DNA of 64,000 bases, taken from NCBI GenBank assembly GCA_017601395.1, contig JAFNIQ010000003.1, positions 661-64,660 on the forward strand. The letters are read 5' to 3'. Below, one piece after another: positions 18,459 to 27,496 of this stretch. The stretch's first letter is position 1, and every line of letters begins with the position of its first letter. The notes below the pieces were generated by a model that saw nothing but the letters and a program-made list of their open reading frames with translations, had not been told where the DNA came from and ran no database searches. The stretch is from Candidatus Brockarchaeota archaeon (GTDB lineage Archaea; Thermoproteota; EX4484-205; JAAOZP01). The position numbers and the translations under genes are program-made.

Positions 18459-18576
18459 CTTGGCATCTTGCTTCAACCCGTGTTTATAAGCTTAACTTTC
18501 AACACCCTTATTAAAGCAGGCTTAAAGCTTTATGCAGCAAGCCGTTATGCTTCTCCCCCTTGGAGCACGCAATCTT

Positions 18577-19413
18577 CTATTCTAAGCTTTTAAAAAGGTA
18601 TTTCTCCTCCTTCAATTCTAATGCTGTAGGCTTCACTCCGTAGAACCTGCAGGAAAATATGGTTATTAAAAGCCCGTTGAAAAGGATACGGTAGCCCTGG
18701 GGGACGGGCTCATGGCTCCTCACCATCATTCTGAGACCATTGTTCCTCAGAAATCTTTCAAGAGCCTTTCCGCCGAAACGGTGGATCCCCGGTCCCCTGG
18801 GGTTGGACGAGTATTCTTCAACGTCTTCAGAAGGATCGTTCCAGAGCGTTTCGAAAACCCTTTTGTCCTCGGGTTCAACACCTCCCTTGCCGGCTTTTTC
18901 AAGCTCCTCGATCCTCTGAAGCCCCTCTGCGAGTCCTCCGTGAACCAGCATTACCCTGTTGTTAACTATCCCCGCTAAAGGCATTTCCGAGAAAACTTTC
19001 AAGTACGCTTCGTAAACCTTCTCGTAAGCTTTTCCGAACCTTCTGGCGAGAAGGTTTAGAAAACCGTATGAAAAATTCATCGAAGGGGTTTCATGGTTGC
19101 CCCTTAAGAGGAATATTGCATCAGGATTGTCGTTTTTCATCCGTAAGAGAAGGTTTATAACGCTGCTCTGATACAGCCCCCTGTCAACATAGTCCCCGAG
19201 GAAAACAGCCTTAGCGTCGCTAAGCTTCGCCAGGCGCAGAGCGTTTACGCAAGACTCCAAATCCCCATGAAGGTCTCCGACAACCAGGGTTTTTTCGCAA
19301 TTCAGCCTTAAGACCGGCGGCTCCCTGCTCAGTTTTTCAAAAGCCTCTTCGCAGAGCCTAACCGTTTCCTCCTCGGTCATTCTGCCGATTTTCTCAAGCG
19401 TGTCTTCGAACAC
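18577..19413 (-). CDS. PPP-family serine/threonine protein phosphatase (PP1-arch type metallophosphoesterase)
   Basis: GDLHGDL, GDYVDRG and RGNHE motifs. GTG start at 19413; start is approximate. Confidence 0.75.
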   Translation of the reverse strand: MFEDTLEKIGRMTEEETVRLCEEAFEKLSREPPVLRLNCEKTLVVGDLHGDLESCVNALRLAKLSDAKAVFLGDYVDRGLYQSSVINLLLRMKNDNPDAIFLLRGNHETPSMNFSYGFLNLLARRFGKAYEKVYEAYLKVFSEMPLAGIVNNRVMLVHGGLAEGLQRIEELEKAGKGGVEPEDKRVFETLWNDPSEDVEEYSSNPRGPGIHRFGGKALERFLRNNGLRMMVRSHEPVPQGYRILFNGLLITIFSCRFYGVKPTALELKEEKYLFKSLE

Positions 19414-19455
19414 TGTTTCTCTGCCTCCTTACACTGTTTCGCAAGATTAATATTC

Positions 19456-19782
19456 TTGGTGTTTTTCAAGCTTAACGCTTTGAAAAAGGGTGGAGTAAGG
19501 CTTCGAGAAAAGGGCATGCTGCTTCTGAAAGCTCTTGCTGTAACCCTTGTGACAGGGTTAATCGGGCTCTACAGCCCTTCAGAACCATACCACTATGTTA
19601 AAAACGGCCTCCCCCTTCCCTTTCTAACCCAGGTTATAGACATTAGGGCCGCGAAATACGTTGACGTTAAGTTTGACCCTCTATTCTTTTTACTCGACGT
19701 TCTCGCTTGGACTAGCCTTATTCTCCTGCTCAGGCTTTTCACCGGTCTTCTTAAAAGAATTCTTCCTTCTAGAGTTGAATAA
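19456..19782 (+). CDS. Hypothetical small membrane protein
   Basis: ORF with two hydrophobic segments. Its 3' end overlaps the convergent ORF 19690..19920 by 93 nt, so one of the two may be spurious. Confidence 0.25.
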   Translation: MVFFKLNALKKGGVRLREKGMLLLKALAVTLVTGLIGLYSPSEPYHYVKNGLPLPFLTQVIDIRAAKYVDVKFDPLFFLLDVLAWTSLILLLRLFTGLLKRILPSRVE

Positions 19783-19920
19783 AACGTATACTACCATAAT
19801 CATTATAAGTAGTATAGTTAAGGTTAGAAAGTAAAGCGTCTCCTTGAAAAACATCATTCCCCCGAATATGCCTGCTGTGAGCAGGAGTATGCCCATCCAT
19901 TCTGATTTCTTACCCGGCAA
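19690..19920 (-). CDS. Hypothetical small two-TM membrane protein downstream of the transglutaminase-like gene
   Basis: 76 aa with two hydrophobic helices and a charged tail. Same strand as the upstream gene. Confidence 0.3.
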   Translation of the reverse strand: MPGKKSEWMGILLLTAGIFGGMMFFKETLYFLTLTILLIMIMVVYVLFNSRRKNSFKKTGEKPEQENKASPSENVE

Positions 19921-19935
19921 CGAGAAATGTATGCT

Positions 19936-21198
19936 TCAGAGGGATGATTTAAACCTATTTCTCTCGATCACGGGTGTGCGCCGCTTTAAAAGCAGTATTT
20001 TCACTCTTTTCCCCCTAAAGCTGGGAGACGCTCGCTTCAGCAAAATGAAAATAGTGAGCGTAACTATGCTCGCTGCCAGAATTGGGAGGAAAAGTGTAGA
20101 CGGCACCATGTTTCCCTCAGGCTGCTCTACCTGTTGAGAACCCTTATCAGGGAAAGGATTCTCAGAAACCTCTTCCTCCATGCGTATGAAGATACTGCTG
20201 CCCACAATCCTCTCCCTCGTCTTTAAATACTCTGCCACAAAATCTATAGACGAGTATCTCTCGGATTCAAGCATAAGCTCGCGGGCTGACGCGGAATACT
20301 TTATCGACGACAACGGGTCTCGGCGGCGAGAATAGTACCCGTAGGTTATGTCCACGGGGAGCCAGCCCCACGGCGGAATGTAGGCTTCAACCCATCCATG
20401 CCATCCTATTCCTTTTGAAACCACGGTTAAGTGTCCACCCCATGTTTCCCCGCTGACACTGTAGAAAGGTGAAACCACTCCGCCAGTTTGAAGATAGGCA
20501 GGTATTCCAACTGATCTGAGCATGGCTATTAGGAGTGCAGACTGGTCGTCGCAGTCCCCCCGGCCTTTTTCCCCGGTGCTGGGCAGCGTCTGGTTCGGGT
20601 ACTGCGGGGGTCTTAATTCTTCCCCCTCGGGATAACTAACCCTCTCCCCTATGAACTCGACCATTTTACAAACTACTCTGAGCAGGTTTGTATCGTTACC
20701 TTTGATCTCAGCGGCAAGCTCAGCTATATGCTTTAAACCTTCATCCCTATACCTCCACGCACCGCTTGAAACAGTATAGCTCGCAAGCGTAGCAGGTATG
20801 TCTGAAAAGCTTCCGGAGGAGTTGACGGAGATTTCAGGCAGGCTTCTGAAGGTTATGTTAATCATTACTATGATTCTCACGGTAATGTTTCCACCTGGTT
20901 TAATGGTCTCCGGGAAATCTAGTTCTGCAAGCAGATTGCCATCTTCATCCGTGAAAACCCGCTTAACGCTCGGTTCGACTTCATAAATATGCGTTTTTTG
21001 GATTGAAGTATTTGGGAAAATTGGGAACAACCTGTCCTCCAGAGTAGGAGTATAGCTGTCTGAACCCTTGTTTATGAAGCATATTTTAAGCCTATAGTAG
21101 TATGCTTTCCAGTTTACAGGGGCTTTAACAGTACTGTTGAAAACACTCACTAAGATTATGGTTAAGGTGGCGATCACAGCAATACTGCTCTTCCTCAT
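19936..21198 (-). CDS. Secreted, membrane-anchored transglutaminase-like cysteine protease superfamily protein
   Basis: N-terminal signal/TM, a core motif GRGDCDDQSALLIAMLRSVGIPAY (TGase-like Cys), a C-terminal TM plus basic tail, and NxS/T sequons. Confidence 0.65.
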   Translation of the reverse strand: MRKSSIAVIATLTIILVSVFNSTVKAPVNWKAYYYRLKICFINKGSDSYTPTLEDRLFPIFPNTSIQKTHIYEVEPSVKRVFTDEDGNLLAELDFPETIKPGGNITVRIIVMINITFRSLPEISVNSSGSFSDIPATLASYTVSSGAWRYRDEGLKHIAELAAEIKGNDTNLLRVVCKMVEFIGERVSYPEGEELRPPQYPNQTLPSTGEKGRGDCDDQSALLIAMLRSVGIPAYLQTGGVVSPFYSVSGETWGGHLTVVSKGIGWHGWVEAYIPPWGWLPVDITYGYYSRRRDPLSSIKYSASARELMLESERYSSIDFVAEYLKTRERIVGSSIFIRMEEEVSENPFPDKGSQQVEQPEGNMVPSTLFLPILAASIVTLTIFILLKRASPSFRGKRVKILLLKRRTPVIERNRFKSSL

Positions 21199-21360
21199 AC
21201 TGCTCTAAACCTCTAGCCCTCATAGATTGCTCGCCACTGTTTATAAACAGTTTGCCTGAAAATAACGCGACTTTCAGACGGCTAAGCCTCGTATTGCGGG
21301 CGCAGGCGGAGCTTCTGGTATCGGAAGGTTTAAAGAAAGCCGGGCGGCTTGTGAAGCCCG

Positions 21361-22380
21361 CTACGCTTTTCCGAAGCCGATTGCTTTCAGCAGGCTTCTT
21401 TTCCTTTCTTCAAACTTTTTGAAAACTATCTTAGCCCCTTCCGAGTAATCCATCATGTTTATCCACGGGTGTCTTCTCATCTCGTCTTCAATGCTTCTCG
21501 CAAGCTGGAAATACTCCTTAACCGGCTCATCTAGGATGCTAGGGTTCTTTGCGATGAAATCCTTAACCGACTGCTCATCAACTCCTCTAAGCCCGTTCTT
21601 CAAGCATTCCACGATAAGCATGTTAATACTGCTCTCCTTAAGGTTGCTGAAAAGGTCTTTCATCTCGTCGCTCCACATCCAGATGTTTGTGATTGCCCAC
21701 TGGTACTTCACTATGGCTTCACAGGCATCAGGCTCCTCATCAAGCATGCCTGCCTCAAAAAGAGTAAGTGAAACCACTCTCTCTCCTATCCCAGCCGTCT
21801 TGCCGTGCCAGGTTTCCTTCAAATCCTCGTAGAGAGAAAGTATTTTATCGTATTCCCCTTTTCTGAAAAGCTCAGAGTACTTCAGGTCTTTAAACTCGTA
21901 GTTGAAAACCTCTTCCCTTCCTTTAAAATATCTTTCGGCAAACCCTTCTCTGTGTATTTCTCTAACCCTCTTGTTGACGAGGCTCTCAAGATTATCCGCA
22001 ATCCTTATTTTAAACTCGTACTCCTCGGGCTTCACGAATTCTTTCTCGTCGAAAGCCTCGTCCCTAATGTCTCCAGACTTCAAGGCTATCGCGAAGGTTG
22101 TTGCCAAATCGTACATCCTCCTGTCCCCCATGGTTTTCAGCATCGTTGTAAAGCCGGAAGCACTGCCCCTGCTCTTCCAAAGCCTGTATGAAACGCTGCT
22201 TCTCCAGTTGACTGGCACGCTTATCTTGAGCGCTGTTACAAAATCCGTCTTGTGAGAAAGTGCTTTCTCAAGCTGAGCCTCAGCCTCCTCGCCGTCTATT
22301 AATCCTTTTTCAGAAGCATCCTTGTAGAATTTCGTTATCTCCCTCCTTATGAAGGCATCGATTCTGCGGGAAACAGGCAT
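21361..22380 (-). CDS. Hypothetical acidic protein, about 340 aa, no recognisable domain
   Basis: Long ORF with coding-like composition. ATG at 22380 (MPVSRRIDA...) or TTG at 22407. Confidence 0.5.
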   Translation of the reverse strand: MPVSRRIDAFIRREITKFYKDASEKGLIDGEEAEAQLEKALSHKTDFVTALKISVPVNWRSSVSYRLWKSRGSASGFTTMLKTMGDRRMYDLATTFAIALKSGDIRDEAFDEKEFVKPEEYEFKIRIADNLESLVNKRVREIHREGFAERYFKGREEVFNYEFKDLKYSELFRKGEYDKILSLYEDLKETWHGKTAGIGERVVSLTLFEAGMLDEEPDACEAIVKYQWAITNIWMWSDEMKDLFSNLKESSINMLIVECLKNGLRGVDEQSVKDFIAKNPSILDEPVKEYFQLARSIEDEMRRHPWINMMDYSEGAKIVFKKFEERKRSLLKAIGFGKA

Positions 22381-22480
22381 GAGCCAGGCTAGTGTCAGCT
22401 TACTCAACGTTTAACGTTTTGACAACCGTTTTAAGGGGTTTATTAAGGCTACTGTATGCCGAGAATGACGGGAAACATGG

Positions 22481-24277
22481 TTATTCCACTATAAGGCTTG
22501 TTCTCCTAAAATTAACCGTGTCGATAAGCCCTTTATCGGTTATCCTGAGCTCGGGAAGGACTGGAAGGGCCAGCAGGGACATCGTCATGAATGGATGGGT
22601 CATCACGCAGCCCAGCCTCCTCCAAGCCTCTGAAAGCTTTTCAACTTTCGCCGCAACCTCTTGAACAGGCCTATCCGACATCAAGCCCGCTACGGGAAGC
22701 TCCACTAGAGCCAGTATCCGGCTTTTTTCAACGGCTATCATTCCTCCACCTGTCTCTGCCAGTGTGTTTCCTGCAAGAGCCATGTCGCCATCGTTCATCC
22801 CTACTATAAGCATGTTGTGACTGTCATGGGCTACTGTAGACGCTACGGCGCCATTCTTAAAGCCGAAGCCCTTGACGAAGCCTATTCCCATGTTGCCTGA
22901 AGCCCTGTGCCTTTCAACAACAGCGACCTTGGCAATATCCTGTGCTGGATCCGCCTCTAGGAAACCGTTTCTCTGCCTCAAGTCTGCAACCCTGCTTCTA
23001 GTAATAGTCTTGGCCTCGACAACCTGGATAACCCTGACTTTGAAAAACTCCTTACCGGCTTCAACCCTTACCTTAAAATCGTTTCCACCGAGCCTTCTGC
23101 CGAGTCTGACTGTTTTCCTCGCCTCCTCAGGATAATGGTATTCAGGTATCTCCGCCACCAGCCTGCTGTTCTTCGCGACAACCCTGCCGTTGGCTATCAC
23201 CGTGTCGACGCGAACCCTGTTCAAATCGCTAAGGATCAGTATGTCTGCGACCATCCCGGGGGCTAAGGCACCTATCTCGCTGTCGACTTTAAAGTGTTCA
23301 GCAGTGTTCAACGTGGCCATTTGAATACTGGTAACAGGGTCTACGCCTTCTTCGATCGCTCTTCTAACAATATGGTCGATATGCCCCTCGTTTAAAAGGT
23401 CGCTGGGCTCCCTGTCGTCGCTAACCAGACAGATCCTCCTCGCGTCAACCTTCCTCTCCGTAACCATTCTTATAACCTCCTTCAGGTCTCTCCAGGCGGA
23501 TGCTTCCCTAACCATTACGTGCATCCCTAGCCTTAGTTTAGCAAGCCCAGCCTCCATCGTCACGGACTCGTGGTCAGAGGATATTCCTGCTGCAACGTAA
23601 GCGTTAAGCTCCTCGTTAAGGTTTCCGAAGAAATGTCCTTCAACAATCCTGCTGCTTTTCAAAGCCGCCTTAACCTCGCCTATAATCTTAGGGTCTAAAG
23701 ATAATACTCCAGGGTAATTCATAACCTCGCCAAGCGCAACGGTGTTCCTCCATGAAAATGCCTCTTCAATCTCCTTCAAACCTATTTCGGCTCCAGCGGT
23801 TTCAAACTCTGGGCTTGTCGCCGGCACACAGCTTGGGATTGAAACGTATACTTTCAAAGGCAATCCTAGTCCCTCGTCGTGCATCATTTTAACCCCCTTT
23901 ATCCCAAGCACGTTTGCAACCTCATGAGGATCTATGAAGACCGTTGTCGTCCCATGGGGTAGGACAGCTTTTGCAAACTGGGTCACTGTGAGCATAGAGC
24001 TCTCAACGTGTACATGCCCGTCTAGGAATCCCGGTGCCAAGTATTTCCCGTAAGCGTCGATAATCTTCGTCTCAGGCCCAATCGTGTGCTCCGCGTTCCC
24101 TACCAACACTATCCTGTCGTCAACCACGGCGATATCCGTGTTTTCAACAATCTCTCCCGTGAAAACGTTCACCAAAGCCCCTCTCCTGATGACGAGGCTC
24201 GCCCTACTCTTTCCAAGTGCTGCTGAAACCAGTTTCTCAAGGATCTCAGGAGGCTTAAACCCTGGCTTCATCAACAT
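22481..24277 (-). CDS. ade: Adenine deaminase
   Basis: Amidohydrolase metal motif FLDGHVHVESSMLT plus HDxxxH-region motifs. 598 aa, typical for AdeC. Confidence 0.8.
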   Translation of the reverse strand: MLMKPGFKPPEILEKLVSAALGKSRASLVIRRGALVNVFTGEIVENTDIAVVDDRIVLVGNAEHTIGPETKIIDAYGKYLAPGFLDGHVHVESSMLTVTQFAKAVLPHGTTTVFIDPHEVANVLGIKGVKMMHDEGLGLPLKVYVSIPSCVPATSPEFETAGAEIGLKEIEEAFSWRNTVALGEVMNYPGVLSLDPKIIGEVKAALKSSRIVEGHFFGNLNEELNAYVAAGISSDHESVTMEAGLAKLRLGMHVMVREASAWRDLKEVIRMVTERKVDARRICLVSDDREPSDLLNEGHIDHIVRRAIEEGVDPVTSIQMATLNTAEHFKVDSEIGALAPGMVADILILSDLNRVRVDTVIANGRVVAKNSRLVAEIPEYHYPEEARKTVRLGRRLGGNDFKVRVEAGKEFFKVRVIQVVEAKTITRSRVADLRQRNGFLEADPAQDIAKVAVVERHRASGNMGIGFVKGFGFKNGAVASTVAHDSHNMLIVGMNDGDMALAGNTLAETGGGMIAVEKSRILALVELPVAGLMSDRPVQEVAAKVEKLSEAWRRLGCVMTHPFMTMSLLALPVLPELRITDKGLIDTVNFRRTSLIVE

Positions 24278-24353
24278 GTTTTTCCCGAGGGGATTATTAA
24301 GGTTTCAAATTTAAAAACCGCCTGCACGCCCGTTAAACAACAGGTGTAGGAGA

Positions 24354-25838
24354 GTGAGCTTGGAATCTAGGATTGAGAAAGATATTGTGGAGGCTCTCAG
24401 GAGAACCGGTAGAGCCATGGGCTTCAGCGAACTCTGCCTGCTCACGGGTTTGAACGAGTCGTCGGCAGCGAGCGCTGTCTCCTCTCTCTCTGAAAAAGGC
24501 TTAGTAAGCGTCTCAACTAAAGAGACCAAGTTTGCTAGGCTAACCGGGGAGGGGGAATACCATTCTAGAAACGGTCTTCCCGAGAGAAGGCTTGTGAAAC
24601 TAGTGTTGGGTAATGGAGGCCTAATGCCTCTGGAGGAGGCTCGCAAGGCTTATCCTGACGGGTCGTTTTTCACGATAGCGCTCGGCTGGCTGCGTAGAAA
24701 AGGCTGGGGCTCAATTAGGGCTGTAAACGGTGTTCCGCACATAGTCGTGGAGAAAGAGCCTGCTGAAGGGGTTGACGAAGCAGTTGTCAGAACGCTGGCG
24801 TCAGGCCCATTGGACATAAGCCTGCTGAACACGGAGGCTGTTAAACTCTTATCGGGCAGGGGGATAGTCAGGGTTGAGGAGAAGGTTGAAAGACTGGTCT
24901 CTCTGACTGAAGCCGGCAGGCTTGTCGAGCTTAAGGTTGCAGTAACCCAGTTGACTCCTGAGCTGCTGAGAACTGGGGAGTGGAGAAACGTTGAGCTTAA
25001 ACCCTACGATGTCACCGCCGATGTTGAGCCGGTATACCCTGGAAGACTACACCCGTTGACGGAATTCATCAAAGAGGTTAAGGAAATCTTTACAGCGATG
25101 GGTTTCACAGAGGCGAAGGGCCCGCTTGTCGAATCGTGCTTCTGGAACTTCGACGTTCTCTTCACCCCCCAGGATCATCCTGCTAGGGAAATGCAGGATA
25201 CTTTCTATCTTTCACACCCTTCTTCCATGGAGCTGGGAGACAGGCAGCTTGTTGAAAGAGTGAGGAGGACGCATGAGGATGGTTGGGAGACGGGTTCAAC
25301 CGGCTGGGGTGGGGAATGGTCTGAAGAGGCTGCGAAGAGGCTTGTGTTAAGAACACATACTACATGCGTCTCCGTAAGATACCTGTATGAGCATCGGGAG
25401 CCGCCTGTGAAGGTTTTCAGCGTTGACAGGGTTTTCAGAAACGAGAGGGTTTCATTTAAAAGCCTTGCAGAGTTCCACCAGATAGAGGGAATAATAATGG
25501 ATAGGCGTGTGACGCTTAGGGATCTTAAAGGGGTCTTAACGGAATTCTATAAGAAACTCGGGTTGGAGAAAGTTCAGTTCTGGCCCTCTTACTTCCCGTA
25601 TACGGAGCCCTCTATGAATTCCGTTGTCTACGTTCCCCAGGCTGGCAGGTGGCTTGAGCTCTGCGGCATGGGTGTTTTCAGACCTGAAGTTACTAAGCCT
25701 CTGGGCATCGACCATCCTGTTCTTGCCTGGGGGGGCGGGTTGGAGCGTTTACTGATGCTCAAGCTGGGCGTTACTGACATCCGCGTCCTGTATCAGAACG
25801 ATTTAGGCTGGCTTAGGAGGGTTAAGCTATGCCCGTGA
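24354..25838 (+). CDS. pheS: Phenylalanyl-tRNA synthetase alpha subunit (archaeal type)
   Basis: Class II aaRS motifs (FWNFDVLFTPQDHPARE, HTTCVSVRYL, GMGVFRPEV..AWGGGLER). GTG start. Confidence 0.9.
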   Translation: MSLESRIEKDIVEALRRTGRAMGFSELCLLTGLNESSAASAVSSLSEKGLVSVSTKETKFARLTGEGEYHSRNGLPERRLVKLVLGNGGLMPLEEARKAYPDGSFFTIALGWLRRKGWGSIRAVNGVPHIVVEKEPAEGVDEAVVRTLASGPLDISLLNTEAVKLLSGRGIVRVEEKVERLVSLTEAGRLVELKVAVTQLTPELLRTGEWRNVELKPYDVTADVEPVYPGRLHPLTEFIKEVKEIFTAMGFTEAKGPLVESCFWNFDVLFTPQDHPAREMQDTFYLSHPSSMELGDRQLVERVRRTHEDGWETGSTGWGGEWSEEAAKRLVLRTHTTCVSVRYLYEHREPPVKVFSVDRVFRNERVSFKSLAEFHQIEGIIMDRRVTLRDLKGVLTEFYKKLGLEKVQFWPSYFPYTEPSMNSVVYVPQAGRWLELCGMGVFRPEVTKPLGIDHPVLAWGGGLERLLMLKLGVTDIRVLYQNDLGWLRRVKLCP

Positions 25839-27496
25839 TAGAGGTTTATCCTGAGAGGCTAAGCAGGTTCCTGGGGATTGACGTTGAGTTGAAGCAGCTA
25901 GTCGAAGACCTGCCGTGGCTCGCGACGGATATTGAGGATGTTGGCGAAGGTTTCGTCAAAATAGAGTATAATCCGAACAGGCCGGATTTCTCGAGCCACG
26001 CAGGCATCGCTAGGGCGTACGCCGGCTTCCTTGAAATCGGGCTTGGCTATCCGGAAGCCTTTTTCTCAAGTCCCACGATAAGTTTTCACTTTGACAGCAG
26101 GCTCAGAGGGATCAGGGGTGTCCTATGCTCCGCGGTCGTGAGGAATATTGAACTAGCCGAGCAGGATTTGAAGGAGGTGATTAACGTTCAAGAGGTCCTG
26201 CACCAGGGTATTGGCAGGGATAGACGTAAGGTCTCAATCGGGATACATGACTTGGATAAGATCAGGCCTCCGGTCTACTATATGGCTGCAGACCCAGACG
26301 CGGTTTCGTTCAAGCCGCTTGGAATGGAAAGGAGGATGACTTTGGACGAGGTTTTGAAAGAGGTTGACAAAGGTTTGGAGTATGGCCATATTATCAAGGG
26401 GTTTGACAAGTATCCTGTGATAGTTGATTCCACCGGGGAAGTCTTATCCTTCCCGCCGATAATAAACTCTGAATTGACCCGGTTAACCCCTGAGACTAGA
26501 AACCTCTTCATAGACGTAACTGCCTTAGATGAGTATTATGCTTCAAGGGCCCTGAACATACTTCTATACGTGTTTAAAGACATGGGCGGGAGCATTGAGG
26601 CGGTGAAGATAACCTATGATGACGGCTCTGAGAAAACTTTTCCGGATTTCACACCTAAGACTATGAGCGTTGAAGCGAGCTATATTAATTCTCTAATCGG
26701 GGAGAACCTTAGTAACGCTGAGATCTACAGAAGCTTCTTGAAATGCAGGTTTTCAGTGGTGAACGACGGGAGCGTGTTCAAAGTGGGGATTCCCCCATAC
26801 AGGGTTGACATAATGCATAACGTCGACCTTGTTGAAGAGGTCGCCATAGGATACGGGCTTTGGAGGCTAACTCCGACTTACCCTGAGGCTTCCACTATAG
26901 GCTTGATGCATCCTGAGACGATGGTTCAGGACAAGGCTAGGCTAATCATGATAGGGCTGGGCTATACTGAGGTTTTCAACTTTCTGATTACCAACGAGGA
27001 TCAGAACTACCGCATGGTTAGGAGGCCTGTTTGCGAGAGGGCTAGGCTGGCGAACTCATCCAGCCTTGAGCTCACAATGCTAAGGGACTCCCTCCTCCCA
27101 GGCTTGATAAGGAATCTCTCTTCCAATAAGCATGAGAAGTATCCTCAGAGGATTTTTGAAACAGGCCCAGTTATAAGGGTCTCTGAAGAAGGGTCTGTGG
27201 TTTCACGGGTCTCGCTGGCAGGAGTGTCAGCGCACTCCTCAGCCTCTTTTTCAGAGGCTAAGTCCGTCGTCATGAGCCTGCTGAACAACCTGTGTGTTGA
27301 GAAAGCCTTGTTCGAGAAAAGCGAAGACCCCTTGTTCACGCCAGGCAGGGTTGCGAAAATCGTTTTAAACAGTAGCCTGCTGGGGGTTGTTGGCGAGGTT
27401 CATCCTGAGGTGCTGGAGCTGAACGGTTTAGAGAATCCTGCAGCCGGGTTCGAGATAGATTTAACCCATTTCGTGGAGAAATACTCTAAACGCTGA
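25829..27496 (+). CDS. pheT: Phenylalanyl-tRNA synthetase beta subunit (archaeal type)
   Basis: 555 aa with B3/B4 and B5-like regions. Overlaps pheS by 10 nt. Confidence 0.85.
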   Translation: MPVIEVYPERLSRFLGIDVELKQLVEDLPWLATDIEDVGEGFVKIEYNPNRPDFSSHAGIARAYAGFLEIGLGYPEAFFSSPTISFHFDSRLRGIRGVLCSAVVRNIELAEQDLKEVINVQEVLHQGIGRDRRKVSIGIHDLDKIRPPVYYMAADPDAVSFKPLGMERRMTLDEVLKEVDKGLEYGHIIKGFDKYPVIVDSTGEVLSFPPIINSELTRLTPETRNLFIDVTALDEYYASRALNILLYVFKDMGGSIEAVKITYDDGSEKTFPDFTPKTMSVEASYINSLIGENLSNAEIYRSFLKCRFSVVNDGSVFKVGIPPYRVDIMHNVDLVEEVAIGYGLWRLTPTYPEASTIGLMHPETMVQDKARLIMIGLGYTEVFNFLITNEDQNYRMVRRPVCERARLANSSSLELTMLRDSLLPGLIRNLSSNKHEKYPQRIFETGPVIRVSEEGSVVSRVSLAGVSAHSSASFSEAKSVVMSLLNNLCVEKALFEKSEDPLFTPGRVAKIVLNSSLLGVVGEVHPEVLELNGLENPAAGFEIDLTHFVEKYSKR

